Source: Aquificaceae bacterium
GTDB lineage: Bacteria > Aquificota > Aquificia > Aquificales > Aquificaceae
NCBI GenBank assembly: GCA_026981975.1
Contig: JALSHV010000012.1
Span: forward strand, 6,703-70,702
Direction: 5' to 3'
Length of the DNA stretch: 64,000 nucleotides
Shown: in pieces, positions 19,921 through 29,247 of the stretch
Position numbering within the stretch: the stretch's first letter is position 1
Layout of the letters: each line of letters begins with the position of its first letter
Program-made: the position numbers and the translations under genes
The notes under the pieces: generated by a model
The model's input: the letters and a program-made list of their open reading frames with translations, nothing else
What the model was told of the DNA's origin: nothing
Databases searched by the model: none

Positions 19921-21354
19921 GTGAGTTTACTTATGACAATAACTTCAGAACTCCTATCTCTGCTTAAAAAAGCCAAAGGAATAACTCACAATTCAAAGGA
20001 AGTAAAAGAGGGTTATATTTTCTTCGCTCTAAAAGGAATTAAACACGATGGACATCTTTTTGTAAAAGAAGCTTTGGAAAAGAAAGCTTTGGCTGTTGTT
20101 GTAGAAACTGATATCCCTCTTAAAAGAGGGAGAATTATAAAAGTTGACTCTACCCGCAGAGCTTTAGCGGAAAGCGCCCATCTGTTTTTTGGTAAACCCT
20201 CTGAAAAGCTGTCTATAATTGGTATAACAGGAACAAACGGAAAAACTACTACTGCTTATATCCTAACGGAAATCCTTTCCAATGCGGGAGAGAAAACCGG
20301 TTACATAGGAACGGTAAATTACAGGATAGGAAAAAAGGTTTTTCTTAAAGAAGGACAAACTACTCCTGATAGTATTTTGTGGCATAAAACATTGAAAAGT
20401 ATGGTAAAGGAAGGGGCTACTCATGTTGTAGCGGAAATATCTTCCCATGCTCTTGATCAAGAAAGAGTATGGGGGACAAAGTTTGATACGGTGATATTTA
20501 CCAATCTCAGCAGAGATCATCTTGATTACCATAAAAACATGGAAAATTACTACCGGGCTAAGGAAAGACTTTTTACTGATTATCGCTATAACTTGGCTCT
20601 TGTTAATTCGGACGACTTATACGGTAAAAGGCTTCTGAAAGTTTTGAAGGGTGCGGTTTTTACCTTTGGGAAAAAAGGTTACATGAAAATTGAAAACTTC
20701 CGATCTGATCTCAGTGGTTCAGAAATAGTTTTAAACTTTGAAGGAAAAAGATACACTTTCAAAAGTAATTTAGTAGGTGGCTTTCAGGCAAGTAATATAG
20801 CAGCTGCGGTTCTTTGTGCTTTCAAAAAAGGTATAAAAGAAGAAATCATAGAAAAATCTCTTCTCAATGTGAAAATCCCCGGTAGATTTGAAGTTATCAG
20901 ATCCGATAGAGGATTTTCTGTTATCATAGATTACGCCCATACACCGCAGGCTATTTACAGTGTTTTGGAAACAGCAAGAAAACTGACAAAAGGGAAGTTA
21001 ATAGCAGTTTTCGGCGCAGGAGGAGATAGAGATAAAGAAAAAAGACCGCTGATGGGAAAAGCAGCTGAGAAGTGGAGTGACGTTATTGTTCTTACATCGG
21101 ATAATCCAAGATCAGAAGATCCGAAACTTATAGCCTCTGATATTCTTAAAGGCATCAAAAGCAAAGAAAAGGTTATCTTAGAACTTGATAGAGAAAAAGC
21201 CATAAAATATGCTCTGGAAATTGCCAGAGAGGGGGACATGATAGCAATTTTGGGTAAAGGACATGAAAGCTATCAGGAAATTAAGGGAATAAAATATCCC
21301 TTTAGCGACAGGGAAATTGTTCTTTCCATTCTGGGAGGTGAAAATGCCTTGTGA
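19921..21354 (+). CDS. murE: UDP-N-acetylmuramoyl-L-alanyl-D-glutamate--2,6-diaminopimelate ligase
   Basis: 477 aa with a GTG start. [17 protein letters not shown] and the meso-DAP motif [10 protein letters not shown] are present. Confidence 0.92.
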   Translation: MSLLMTITSELLSLLKKAKGITHNSKEVKEGYIFFALKGIKHDGHLFVKEALEKKALAVVVETDIPLKRGRIIKVDSTRRALAESAHLFFGKPSEKLSIIGITGTNGKTTTAYILTEILSNAGEKTGYIGTVNYRIGKKVFLKEGQTTPDSILWHKTLKSMVKEGATHVVAEISSHALDQERVWGTKFDTVIFTNLSRDHLDYHKNMENYYRAKERLFTDYRYNLALVNSDDLYGKRLLKVLKGAVFTFGKKGYMKIENFRSDLSGSEIVLNFEGKRYTFKSNLVGGFQASNIAAAVLCAFKKGIKEEIIEKSLLNVKIPGRFEVIRSDRGFSVIIDYAHTPQAIYSVLETARKLTKGKLIAVFGAGGDRDKEKRPLMGKAAEKWSDVIVLTSDNPRSEDPKLIASDILKGIKSKEKVILELDREKAIKYALEIAREGDMIAILGKGHESYQEIKGIKYPFSDREIVLSILGGENAL

Positions 21355-21607
21355 TTTTGAAACACTTTATTACAACATTAAACAGGAATTGCTGGAAATA
21401 TTTAAAGAATCAGAAAATCCCGTGCCAAGAGTAAAGATAAGAGAGATGAAATCCGCCCGACTGTGCGGACTTGTAAATTTGGCAAAACTAATTCTATACT
21501 TTGAAACCCTCGGTATTGTATTGGTTATAAACAAAGAAGATCACTACCAAAACTGGGAAGTAGATATACAAGCTCAAGTTCTTGATATTCTTTTTGAACA
21601 GATATGA
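21344..21607 (+). CDS. hypothetical protein (87 aa)
   Basis: ATG 21344 is preceded by GGGAGGTG. It overlaps the murE stop by 11 nt, and its stop overlaps the next gene's ATG. I recognise no motif. Confidence 0.4.
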   Translation: MPCDFETLYYNIKQELLEIFKESENPVPRVKIREMKSARLCGLVNLAKLILYFETLGIVLVINKEDHYQNWEVDIQAQVLDILFEQI

Positions 21608-22206
21608 AAAGGATTTACCTTATCCGTCATGCTCAAAGCGAATTCAATGAAAAGGGGATATTTCAAGGAAAACTTGACAGTGATCTTACACCTCTTGGAT
21701 TTGTTCAAGCCAGATTAGTTGCGGGATTTCTCAAAAAAGAGGGAATATCTCTTTTAATTTCCTCTCCTCAAAAAAGAGCTTACAAAACAGCTCTTATAAT
21801 AGCTGACGTCCTTGATATTGAGCTATTATTAGATGAACGCTTAAGAGAAATGTCTTTCGGCACACTGGAAGGAAAAAACTTCTGGGAACTTATGCGCACA
21901 GAGGGTAAAGTCATGAAGAAATGGCTCAAAGATCCTTTTCAGTATCCGTTGCCTGGCCAAGAATCCTATGAAGTTTTTGAAAAAAGAATCCTTTCATTCC
22001 TTGAAGATCTCCTTAAACAATCTCAAGAGAGAATAGCTGTAGTAGGACACGGTGGAACGCTTCACAGCTTAATATGCACTGCTTTGGGGTTAAAGTTAAA
22101 CTCTCTGTGGTGGTTTCACATGGACAATACGGGTATATCCTTGCTGGAATACGATGGGAATTTCAAGCTTGTTTATCTTAATAGGCTCTGCCATTTAAAA
22201 TATTAA
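21604..22206 (+). CDS. histidine phosphatase family protein (GpmB/CobC-like)
   Basis: 200 aa. RHAQSEFN (RHG-type motif) and VVGHGGTL are present. Confidence 0.8.
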   Translation: MKRIYLIRHAQSEFNEKGIFQGKLDSDLTPLGFVQARLVAGFLKKEGISLLISSPQKRAYKTALIIADVLDIELLLDERLREMSFGTLEGKNFWELMRTEGKVMKKWLKDPFQYPLPGQESYEVFEKRILSFLEDLLKQSQERIAVVGHGGTLHSLICTALGLKLNSLWWFHMDNTGISLLEYDGNFKLVYLNRLCHLKY

Positions 22207-22208
22207 TC

Positions 22209-23576
22209 ATGAAAATTATTATCCTATGCGGTGGAAGCGGCACACGGCTTTGGCCTCTTTCAAGAGAGGAATTCCCTAAGCAATTTATAAGACTTTTTTC
22301 AAACAAGTCCTTTTTTCAAGAAACAGTTAAAAGATCCTTAAACTTTGTAGGTGAAGAAGATATATTTGTAGTAACCGGTGAAAAATACGAATGGCTTGTA
22401 AGGGACGAACTTGAAAAACTTGGAGTTAATCGCATCAGAATAGTAACAGAACCCGTTGCACGTAATACAGCTCCTGCAATTGCTTTAGGCGTGAAAAAAC
22501 TTATGAGTCTTGAAGTTCCTCCCTTGGAGGATATACTGGTTCTGCCTTCAGATCATCTTATAAAGGATATTCACGCTTTTTTAGAAGCTGTTCGTAGGGG
22601 ATTCAAGCTTACTGAGAGAGGTTTTCTTGTTCTTTTTGGAGAAAAACCAACTTATCCGGAAACAGGTTACGGCTATATAAAGCTTGGGAAAATTTTAGAA
22701 GAAAACCTTTATACTGTTGAAGATTTTGAAGAAAAACCTCCCAAGGAGAAAGCTGAAAAATTTGTGAAAAGCGATAAATACCTTTGGAATTGCGGTATAT
22801 TTCTCTTCAAGCTGGAAAGAGTAGTAAAAGACTTTACCGAGCTTATTCCTGAAATAGATTTGAACAAACCCTATGAAGATTTTTTAGAAAGATTTAAAGA
22901 GTATCCCAATATTTCCTTTGACCAAGGAATTCTTGAAAGAACAACTGCTAAAGCTGTGGTTTCCGTTAAAATGGGTTGGAGCGATGTGGGATCTTTTAAA
23001 GCTGTTTATGAGAATTTACCCAAAGACGCGGAGGGAAATGTTATTTTTGGAGAAGTTAAGAGTCTTGGAGGGAAAAACAATTTGTTTATCTCTACGGGCA
23101 AAAGTCTTGTAACTTCTGTAAATCTTAGAGATACAGTGGTAGTAAACACAGAAGACGCTGTTCTCGTAGTGAACAAGGAAGATGTTCAACAAGTCAAGGA
23201 GCTATTTTCTCTCTTAAAGAAAGAGGGTAATCCTAAAGCTCTTAAAGGGAAAACTCATCATGTTCCCTACGGTGTATACGTAGATCTGGAAGAAGGGGAG
23301 AGATACAGAGTAAGAAAGCTGATTCTCAGAGTAGGGAAAAAAATACCTCTCAAGCTTCACCACCATAGAACCCAGCACTGGATTGTTCTTCGTGGAACAG
23401 CAAAGATTGTGGTAGGAAAGGAAGAAAAGTTTCTCCACGAAAACGAAAGCTTCTTTGTGCCTAAATCTATTCCTTACAGTATAGAAAACGTAGGAAAAAT
23501 TCCCCTTGAACTAATTGAAGTTCAAAGTGGAGAATATCTTATGGAAGACGATCAGATAGAACTTGAAAAGAACTAA
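22209..23576 (+). CDS. manC: bifunctional mannose-1-phosphate guanylyltransferase / mannose-6-phosphate isomerase (type II PMI)
   Basis: 455 aa. It has the nucleotidyltransferase motif GGSGTRLWPLSR and a C-terminal cupin (HHHRTQHWIVLRGTA). Confidence 0.88.
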   Translation: MKIIILCGGSGTRLWPLSREEFPKQFIRLFSNKSFFQETVKRSLNFVGEEDIFVVTGEKYEWLVRDELEKLGVNRIRIVTEPVARNTAPAIALGVKKLMSLEVPPLEDILVLPSDHLIKDIHAFLEAVRRGFKLTERGFLVLFGEKPTYPETGYGYIKLGKILEENLYTVEDFEEKPPKEKAEKFVKSDKYLWNCGIFLFKLERVVKDFTELIPEIDLNKPYEDFLERFKEYPNISFDQGILERTTAKAVVSVKMGWSDVGSFKAVYENLPKDAEGNVIFGEVKSLGGKNNLFISTGKSLVTSVNLRDTVVVNTEDAVLVVNKEDVQQVKELFSLLKKEGNPKALKGKTHHVPYGVYVDLEEGERYRVRKLILRVGKKIPLKLHHHRTQHWIVLRGTAKIVVGKEEKFLHENESFFVPKSIPYSIENVGKIPLELIEVQSGEYLMEDDQIELEKN

Positions 23577-24915
23577 CAAACTCTTCACACCACTTTGATA
23601 TACTGCCTGCTCCTACGAAAACCACAACATCGGTATCTCTAAGCATCTGGGTTAATTGTAAAAACAGTGTCTCTTTATCCCTTACGTAAAAGGCACTGCT
23701 TGCATTAGCGAGATCCACTGCTTTCACATTCCATTTATTCTCCTCTCCTGCTGTGTATATATCAGTTACGAATACAAGATCTGCCTCTTTCAAAACCCTG
23801 ACAAAATCATCAAAGAGCATGTGTGTTCTTGAATAGCGATGAGGTTGGAAAACCAATACAATTCTTCTGTCTTTGTAAATCTCCCTTAGAGTTTTAATCA
23901 CCTCTCCGATTTCCGTAGGATGATGACCGTAGTCATCGTATACAGGTATTTGCGCTATTCTTCCCTTAAGCTCAAGACGTCTGTGGGCATTTTTGAAGCT
24001 TTCAAGAGAGTTTTTAATCACTTTAAAATTTACTCCAAGCTCAAGAGCCACAGCTGTGGCAGCAAGAGCGTTATACACGTTGTATCTTCCGGGCACTCCT
24101 AAGTGAATAGTTCCGAGCGAAGCACATTCGTAGGAAACCTCAAAAACATATCTGCCTTCTTCTACTCTCAAATTCTTCGCTTGCACAGTAGCAGGAGAGC
24201 TAATTCCAAACGTCACTACCTTACGGGAAATCTTTGGAAGTATATCCCGACAGCCTTTGTCATCTGCATTTAGCGCAGAAAAACCGTAAAAGGGAACTCT
24301 TTGGGTGAAGTCCAGAAACGCTTTCTTGACAGCTTCTATATTTCCGTAAAAATCCAAATGTTCTCTGTCTATGTTAGTTACTACCGCAACAACAGGAAAC
24401 AGTTTAAGAAAAGACCCATCGCTTTCATCTGCCTCCGATATGAGTATGGATCCCCTTCCCAAACGGGCGTTACTCTCTATACTCTGAAGAACTCCCCCTA
24501 TAATTACAGTAGGATCATAACCACTGTTTTGGAGTATATAAGCTAACATAGATGTAGTTGTTGTCTTTCCGTGAGTTCCGCTAACCGCTATTCCCTCCTT
24601 CATTCTGAAAAGTTCCGCCAGCATTTCTCCCCTTGGTATTACGGGGATTCCTAACTCTTTACCCTTTTTTATTTCAGGATTACTTTCCGAGACAGCAGAT
24701 GAATAAACAATAACCTGCGCGTCTTTTACGTTATCCTCGCTGTGACCTATATGAATTTTTGCTCCAAGTCTTCTAAGCTCTTCTGTTCTATCATTTTCCC
24801 TTAAGTCTGAACCTGATACTTTATAACCCATTTCAAGAAGTATGCGGGCTATCCCGCTCATTCCTATACCACCTATACCTACGAAATGAAATCTCTGAAT
24901 TTTTTCCCTGAGCAT
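23539..24915 (-). CDS. murC: UDP-N-acetylmuramate--L-alanine ligase
   Basis: FVGIGGIGMSG and GTHGKTTTTSM are present. ATG at 24915 (MLREKIQRFHF) is preferred. The 20-codon extension to 24975 would overlap the divergent gene. Confidence 0.92.
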   Translation of the reverse strand: MLREKIQRFHFVGIGGIGMSGIARILLEMGYKVSGSDLRENDRTEELRRLGAKIHIGHSEDNVKDAQVIVYSSAVSESNPEIKKGKELGIPVIPRGEMLAELFRMKEGIAVSGTHGKTTTTSMLAYILQNSGYDPTVIIGGVLQSIESNARLGRGSILISEADESDGSFLKLFPVVAVVTNIDREHLDFYGNIEAVKKAFLDFTQRVPFYGFSALNADDKGCRDILPKISRKVVTFGISSPATVQAKNLRVEEGRYVFEVSYECASLGTIHLGVPGRYNVYNALAATAVALELGVNFKVIKNSLESFKNAHRRLELKGRIAQIPVYDDYGHHPTEIGEVIKTLREIYKDRRIVLVFQPHRYSRTHMLFDDFVRVLKEADLVFVTDIYTAGEENKWNVKAVDLANASSAFYVRDKETLFLQLTQMLRDTDVVVFVGAGSISKWCEEFVSSFQVLSDRLP

Positions 24916-24955
24916 CCGTTTTAATTGTATATTTAAATAGTTCTTTAAGGAAGGA

Positions 24956-26863
24956 ATGAAAGGAGAAAAATACATAAGGGGGGTGGTAATTCTTTGGTCT
25001 CTTATTCTTAGTTTTTCCTTCCCTCAGGAAATAGGTAAGCTTTTAAAAGAATACGAAGAAGCTTCCGAACTTTACAGAAAGACCCGTAAGGAAAGTCTGG
25101 GACATGTAATAATCCTGTATAGAGAAGATCTTGAAATCATGCAGGCTTATACACTAGGAGATGTTCTCAAATCCTTAAGGCTTTTCACTTTATCCAATAA
25201 CCGTTTTGGTGTTTTGAATATGTGGGAATTCGGTTCCTACTCTCTTATTCCCAGACATTACAGACTCTACATAAACGATCACGAAGTTTCCTCACTGCAT
25301 ACAGGATCTCCTTTTCTTGTATGGGAAAACTTTCCCTTAGATCTAATAGAGCATATTGAAATATACCAAGCCCCCGGTGCTATAGAGTTGGGAAATGAAC
25401 CTGCGGTGATAATAATAAAAATCTACACAAAAGAACCCGCTAAAGAAAATGTTAACAGATTAAGAACAACCGCCACTTCGCGGAGAGGATACACCTCAGT
25501 CTTTTACAGGGCAAAAGAAGTAAACTCTTCTTTTTCTTACATATTCTTTGTATCCGCTGGCTCTGATAACAGAAAGGAGTATGGAACACCTAACAATACA
25601 CTTTCAAGAGATGCTTTTTACAGATATGCCTTTACAGGTCTTTACTTTGAAAACATGAACTTTGAAATAGGTTACGGTTTTATCAAAAGATTACCTTTTG
25701 CAGGATTTGCTCTTGATAATACAGTAGAATACGGATTTACAAGAGCGGAGGATACCTATTTTGTATTTACTGCCTATCCCTTTAAGGATAAAACTCTAAA
25801 ATTTGTTTTTTCCTTGGACAATCACAGGCGAAAGCATCACGAGAAAAGCTCCAGCGGTTTATATATACCTATTTTTACGGATTCTATTAAAGAATTCCAT
25901 GAAGACGCTTTCTTCAGCAAGGTAGATCTTTATATATCAAAAACATTTATATCAGAAAAAAACAAACTACTGACCGCTGCTTCCTACAAACTGTATAACT
26001 CTGATGTAGATACCCGCTATTACATAACCTTAGATGGAAACAGAGTTGATGTGGGAAGCACCATACCCTTTGATAGACAAGAAATATACTCTTTCATTAT
26101 TGAAGATCAGTTCTCTTTGAATCCGAGAAATCTTCTGATAAGCGGTTTGAAACTGGATAAATATTACAGAAACGGTGGTTTCAAAGACTTCAGAGAGTAT
26201 ATAATACGAGTTGGATACATAACAACTCCTTATCAAGGTGTTTACATTAAAAGCTTTATATCACGCAGTTATATTCCTCCTTACTTTTACGATTTAGAAA
26301 GTGCAGGAAGAGATCTCAGTCCCATTAAAATCCCCCTTTCCGCTACTGGCGAAGTTGTTTTCCACTCTGATATGGCAAAGCTGAACATGGGTTTGGGGTA
26401 TGTAAAGGTAAAGGACAATATAGTTCCTGACAGCAGAGGGCTTCCAACAAACGACAGTAGAACTCTTGAATACAAACCCTTATTCTTAGACATAGAATAC
26501 AAAATAGCAGAAGATCACAAACTTCAAACAGGATACAGCGCTTTTTTAGATCCTGAAATTGAAATGTCTCCTTTAGAAGGTGCTTATATAAGGATCTTAT
26601 CTTCCTTTCATAGGCTTTCCGCCTTTGGTGAACTTATATACAGAAAAGGATTCTCCTACAGGGGAAAGGAAATAAAAGCTGGTTACGATCTAAGTGCAGG
26701 TATTTCTTACAACTTAACAGAAGATTTCTCTGTGAAGCTCAAAGGTGAAAACCTTCTCAACAAAGCCTTAGAAATTCCCTACTTTGCACTGCAGGGTTCA
26801 AACGTTGTTTCCTATCCTGTAAAGAGAAGAACTTTTTATCTCAGTGTGGATTGGGTGTTTTGA
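24956..26863 (+). CDS. TonB-dependent-receptor-like outer-membrane beta-barrel protein
   Basis: 635 aa with a signal peptide. The N-terminus is plug-like (DLEIMQAYTLGDVLKSLRLF...IEHIEIYQAPGAIELGNEPAVIIIKIYTK). A long beta-rich region ends in the aromatic terminus YLSVDWVF. Confidence 0.65.
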   Translation: MKGEKYIRGVVILWSLILSFSFPQEIGKLLKEYEEASELYRKTRKESLGHVIILYREDLEIMQAYTLGDVLKSLRLFTLSNNRFGVLNMWEFGSYSLIPRHYRLYINDHEVSSLHTGSPFLVWENFPLDLIEHIEIYQAPGAIELGNEPAVIIIKIYTKEPAKENVNRLRTTATSRRGYTSVFYRAKEVNSSFSYIFFVSAGSDNRKEYGTPNNTLSRDAFYRYAFTGLYFENMNFEIGYGFIKRLPFAGFALDNTVEYGFTRAEDTYFVFTAYPFKDKTLKFVFSLDNHRRKHHEKSSSGLYIPIFTDSIKEFHEDAFFSKVDLYISKTFISEKNKLLTAASYKLYNSDVDTRYYITLDGNRVDVGSTIPFDRQEIYSFIIEDQFSLNPRNLLISGLKLDKYYRNGGFKDFREYIIRVGYITTPYQGVYIKSFISRSYIPPYFYDLESAGRDLSPIKIPLSATGEVVFHSDMAKLNMGLGYVKVKDNIVPDSRGLPTNDSRTLEYKPLFLDIEYKIAEDHKLQTGYSAFLDPEIEMSPLEGAYIRILSSFHRLSAFGELIYRKGFSYRGKEIKAGYDLSAGISYNLTEDFSVKLKGENLLNKALEIPYFALQGSNVVSYPVKRRTFYLSVDWVF

Positions 26864-26864
26864 T

Positions 26865-27359
26865 ATGAAATTAATTGTCCTTCTTTTGTGTTTTTCTTTT
26901 TGTTTTGGAAAACTACCGGTGAAGGAATTCTCCAATGAAAAAGAGCTTGAGATAAGAATTCTTGAGAAAATCTTTTCCGATATAACAGGGAAAAGAAAAG
27001 TAAAAGTTTACCTGTTGGGAAATAAAAGTAACTACTTTTCCACAAATATGAAAAAGTATTCAAAGAACCTTAAAGAAATCAAGAATTGTAAAGAAGCGGA
27101 TATAGTTTTCCTTGCAGGTAGATATAAGAACAAACTTCCTAAATCCTGTTACGGAAAAGTAGTTTTCTCTTCCCGAAGAAAAGATGTATTTATCAGAAAA
27201 AACTGTATAGGTGCTTTCTTCTGGAAAAAAGGAAGACCTAATATTCTGTTTATACGGGAAAAGCTCAACAGGAAAAAGGTAAAGTTACCTTCCGAATACG
27301 ACAAGTTTATAGAATCCCTCGGTAGTAGGTTAGAAAAAGCTGGAGGGAAAGAAAAATGA
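26865..27359 (+). CDS. YfiR/DUF4154-like periplasmic protein
   Basis: 164 aa from ATG 26865, 1 nt after the upstream stop, with a signal peptide. The motif order ILEKIFSDI, KVKVYLLG, CKEADIVFLAG, KVVFSS, NCIGAFFW...NILFIREKLNRKKVKLPSEY parallels P. aeruginosa YfiR as I recall it. Confidence 0.5.
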   Translation: MKLIVLLLCFSFCFGKLPVKEFSNEKELEIRILEKIFSDITGKRKVKVYLLGNKSNYFSTNMKKYSKNLKEIKNCKEADIVFLAGRYKNKLPKSCYGKVVFSSRRKDVFIRKNCIGAFFWKKGRPNILFIREKLNRKKVKLPSEYDKFIESLGSRLEKAGGKEK

Positions 27360-29236
27360 GACTCCAGCGATCCGATGTATTCCTTGTTACCTTTGTCCTT
27401 TTAGTGGTTTTTACTTCTGTGCCAGTCTATATAGGTTCTTTAAAAGTTGAAGAACACGTTCAGAAGAGAATAATCTCCGATATGGTTTCGGTAGTAGGAC
27501 ATACGTTTAACAATGTCAGCGAATACATTAAAACAAAAGTTAGTGATAAAGATTTAGTTGATACTTTCTATAAAGATCAGAAGTTTAGAAGAAGCGTTGA
27601 AAGAATTCTTTCACTACTGATTACACCAGAGATAAAGTATGTTTACGTTATTTACAGGGATAAAGAAGGTAAGTTCAGGTTTTTAGCAGACGGTTCAAAA
27701 GAAGATAGAGCGGAGCCGGGAGAAAAGTTAGATGTTATTCACGAAGATCTTTGGATAAAAGCCCTTAACAAAAAAGAAGAAACAGTAATAATTCAAAAAA
27801 ACCTGCACACCATAGGAGCAACCTATCTTAAACCAATAGTTCTTCAAGACAAAGCTCAAGCACTTCTTGTAGCTGATATATCTGTTCAAAAAATAAAAGA
27901 AGTAAGGAGTTCCATTAACCTTATAAGACATATGTCAACGGGATCTATAATATTTTCAATCTTCTTTCTTTACATAGCTATTTATCAATATCTGAAGCAA
28001 AGAAGACTTCTCAAGGAACTTTATACGGACAGACTAACAGGACTTTACAACCGCAATTACCTTGATTACAAGGGTTCTTATTTAAATTTATCTCAATACT
28101 ATCTTGTTCTACTGGATATAGACGATTTCAGAAAAGTGAATGCAACTTACGGTGAAGAGGCAGGAGATGAAGTTCTCAAAGAGTTGGCAAGATTTTTGAA
28201 AAATGAGCTCAAAAACTCTATCATAGTGCGTTACGCGGGTGAAGAATTTCTGATCTTAATACCCAGAGACAACTTTGAGGATAAAGTCCAAGTTATCAAC
28301 TTCTTGGAAGATTTAAAAAGTAGGATAAAAAGGCATTCTATAAAGTTTAAAAGAAGTGAAATAAGGATTAAGGTCTCTATGGGTTTAAATATATCTACTG
28401 GAAGAGAAAGATCTCTTGAAGAAACTATAAAAAATGCGGATAGAGCTTTGTATAGGGCAAAGAGAGAAGGTAAAGACAGAGTTGAAGCCTATGACGAGAG
28501 TATAGAACAGCTTAAGAAAAAACTCTCCATCGGGGAAGTAATAGACGCCATAGAAAGTAAAAGAATTATATGCTATTACCAACCGGTTTTTGATCTTAAA
28601 AGTGGAAAAATATCTCATTACGAAGCTTTAGCACGTATAAAGGGAGAGGACGGATACATCTATACACCAATCTTCTTTCTTGAAGATATAAAAGGGACTT
28701 TTATATACACAAGATTTGTTAGAGAAATAATAACTGTAAACGAGAATTTACTTAAAAAGGAAAGAGAAATAAGAATTAGTATAAATTTACTACCCACAGA
28801 TATTACCGATGAGAATGTCCTTGAAGTTTTACTTGCCATAAAAGAACCTGTAAGGAAAAGAATACTCCTTGAGATAACGGAAGTGGAAGGAATTCCCTCC
28901 TTTGATAGAGTTAGGGAAAATATTTCAAAGCTTAGAAAACTCGGTTATAAAATATGCATAGATGATTTCGGAGCTGGATATTCTAATTTAGTTAATCTAA
29001 CCCAGATAAGAATAGATTATTTGAAAATAGACGGAAGTATTGTAAAAGAAATTCACAGAAACAAAGTCAGCAGACTGCTTACAGAAATGGTCACAAGATT
29101 CTGTGACAGAATGGGAATAAAAGTAATAGGGGAATTTGTAGAAAACGAGAGAATTCTTGAAGAACTCAAGAAAATAGGTGTTCATTTCGGTCAGGGATAT
29201 TACTTAGGGAAACCGAAACCTTTAATGTTAAAATAG
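27356..29236 (+). CDS. membrane sensor GGDEF-EAL protein (c-di-GMP cyclase/phosphodiesterase)
   Basis: 626 aa. The order is TM, a roughly 170-aa periplasmic Cache/PAS-like region (YVYVIYRDKEGKFRFLADG), TM, a GGDEF domain with signature RYAGEEF, then an EAL domain. The EAL domain has YEALAR, SINL, EITE, DDFGAGYS, KIDG, EFVE and QGY all present. Confidence 0.9.
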   Translation: MRLQRSDVFLVTFVLLVVFTSVPVYIGSLKVEEHVQKRIISDMVSVVGHTFNNVSEYIKTKVSDKDLVDTFYKDQKFRRSVERILSLLITPEIKYVYVIYRDKEGKFRFLADGSKEDRAEPGEKLDVIHEDLWIKALNKKEETVIIQKNLHTIGATYLKPIVLQDKAQALLVADISVQKIKEVRSSINLIRHMSTGSIIFSIFFLYIAIYQYLKQRRLLKELYTDRLTGLYNRNYLDYKGSYLNLSQYYLVLLDIDDFRKVNATYGEEAGDEVLKELARFLKNELKNSIIVRYAGEEFLILIPRDNFEDKVQVINFLEDLKSRIKRHSIKFKRSEIRIKVSMGLNISTGRERSLEETIKNADRALYRAKREGKDRVEAYDESIEQLKKKLSIGEVIDAIESKRIICYYQPVFDLKSGKISHYEALARIKGEDGYIYTPIFFLEDIKGTFIYTRFVREIITVNENLLKKEREIRISINLLPTDITDENVLEVLLAIKEPVRKRILLEITEVEGIPSFDRVRENISKLRKLGYKICIDDFGAGYSNLVNLTQIRIDYLKIDGSIVKEIHRNKVSRLLTEMVTRFCDRMGIKVIGEFVENERILEELKKIGVHFGQGYYLGKPKPLMLK

Positions 29237-29247
29237 GCTCTGGAAAA

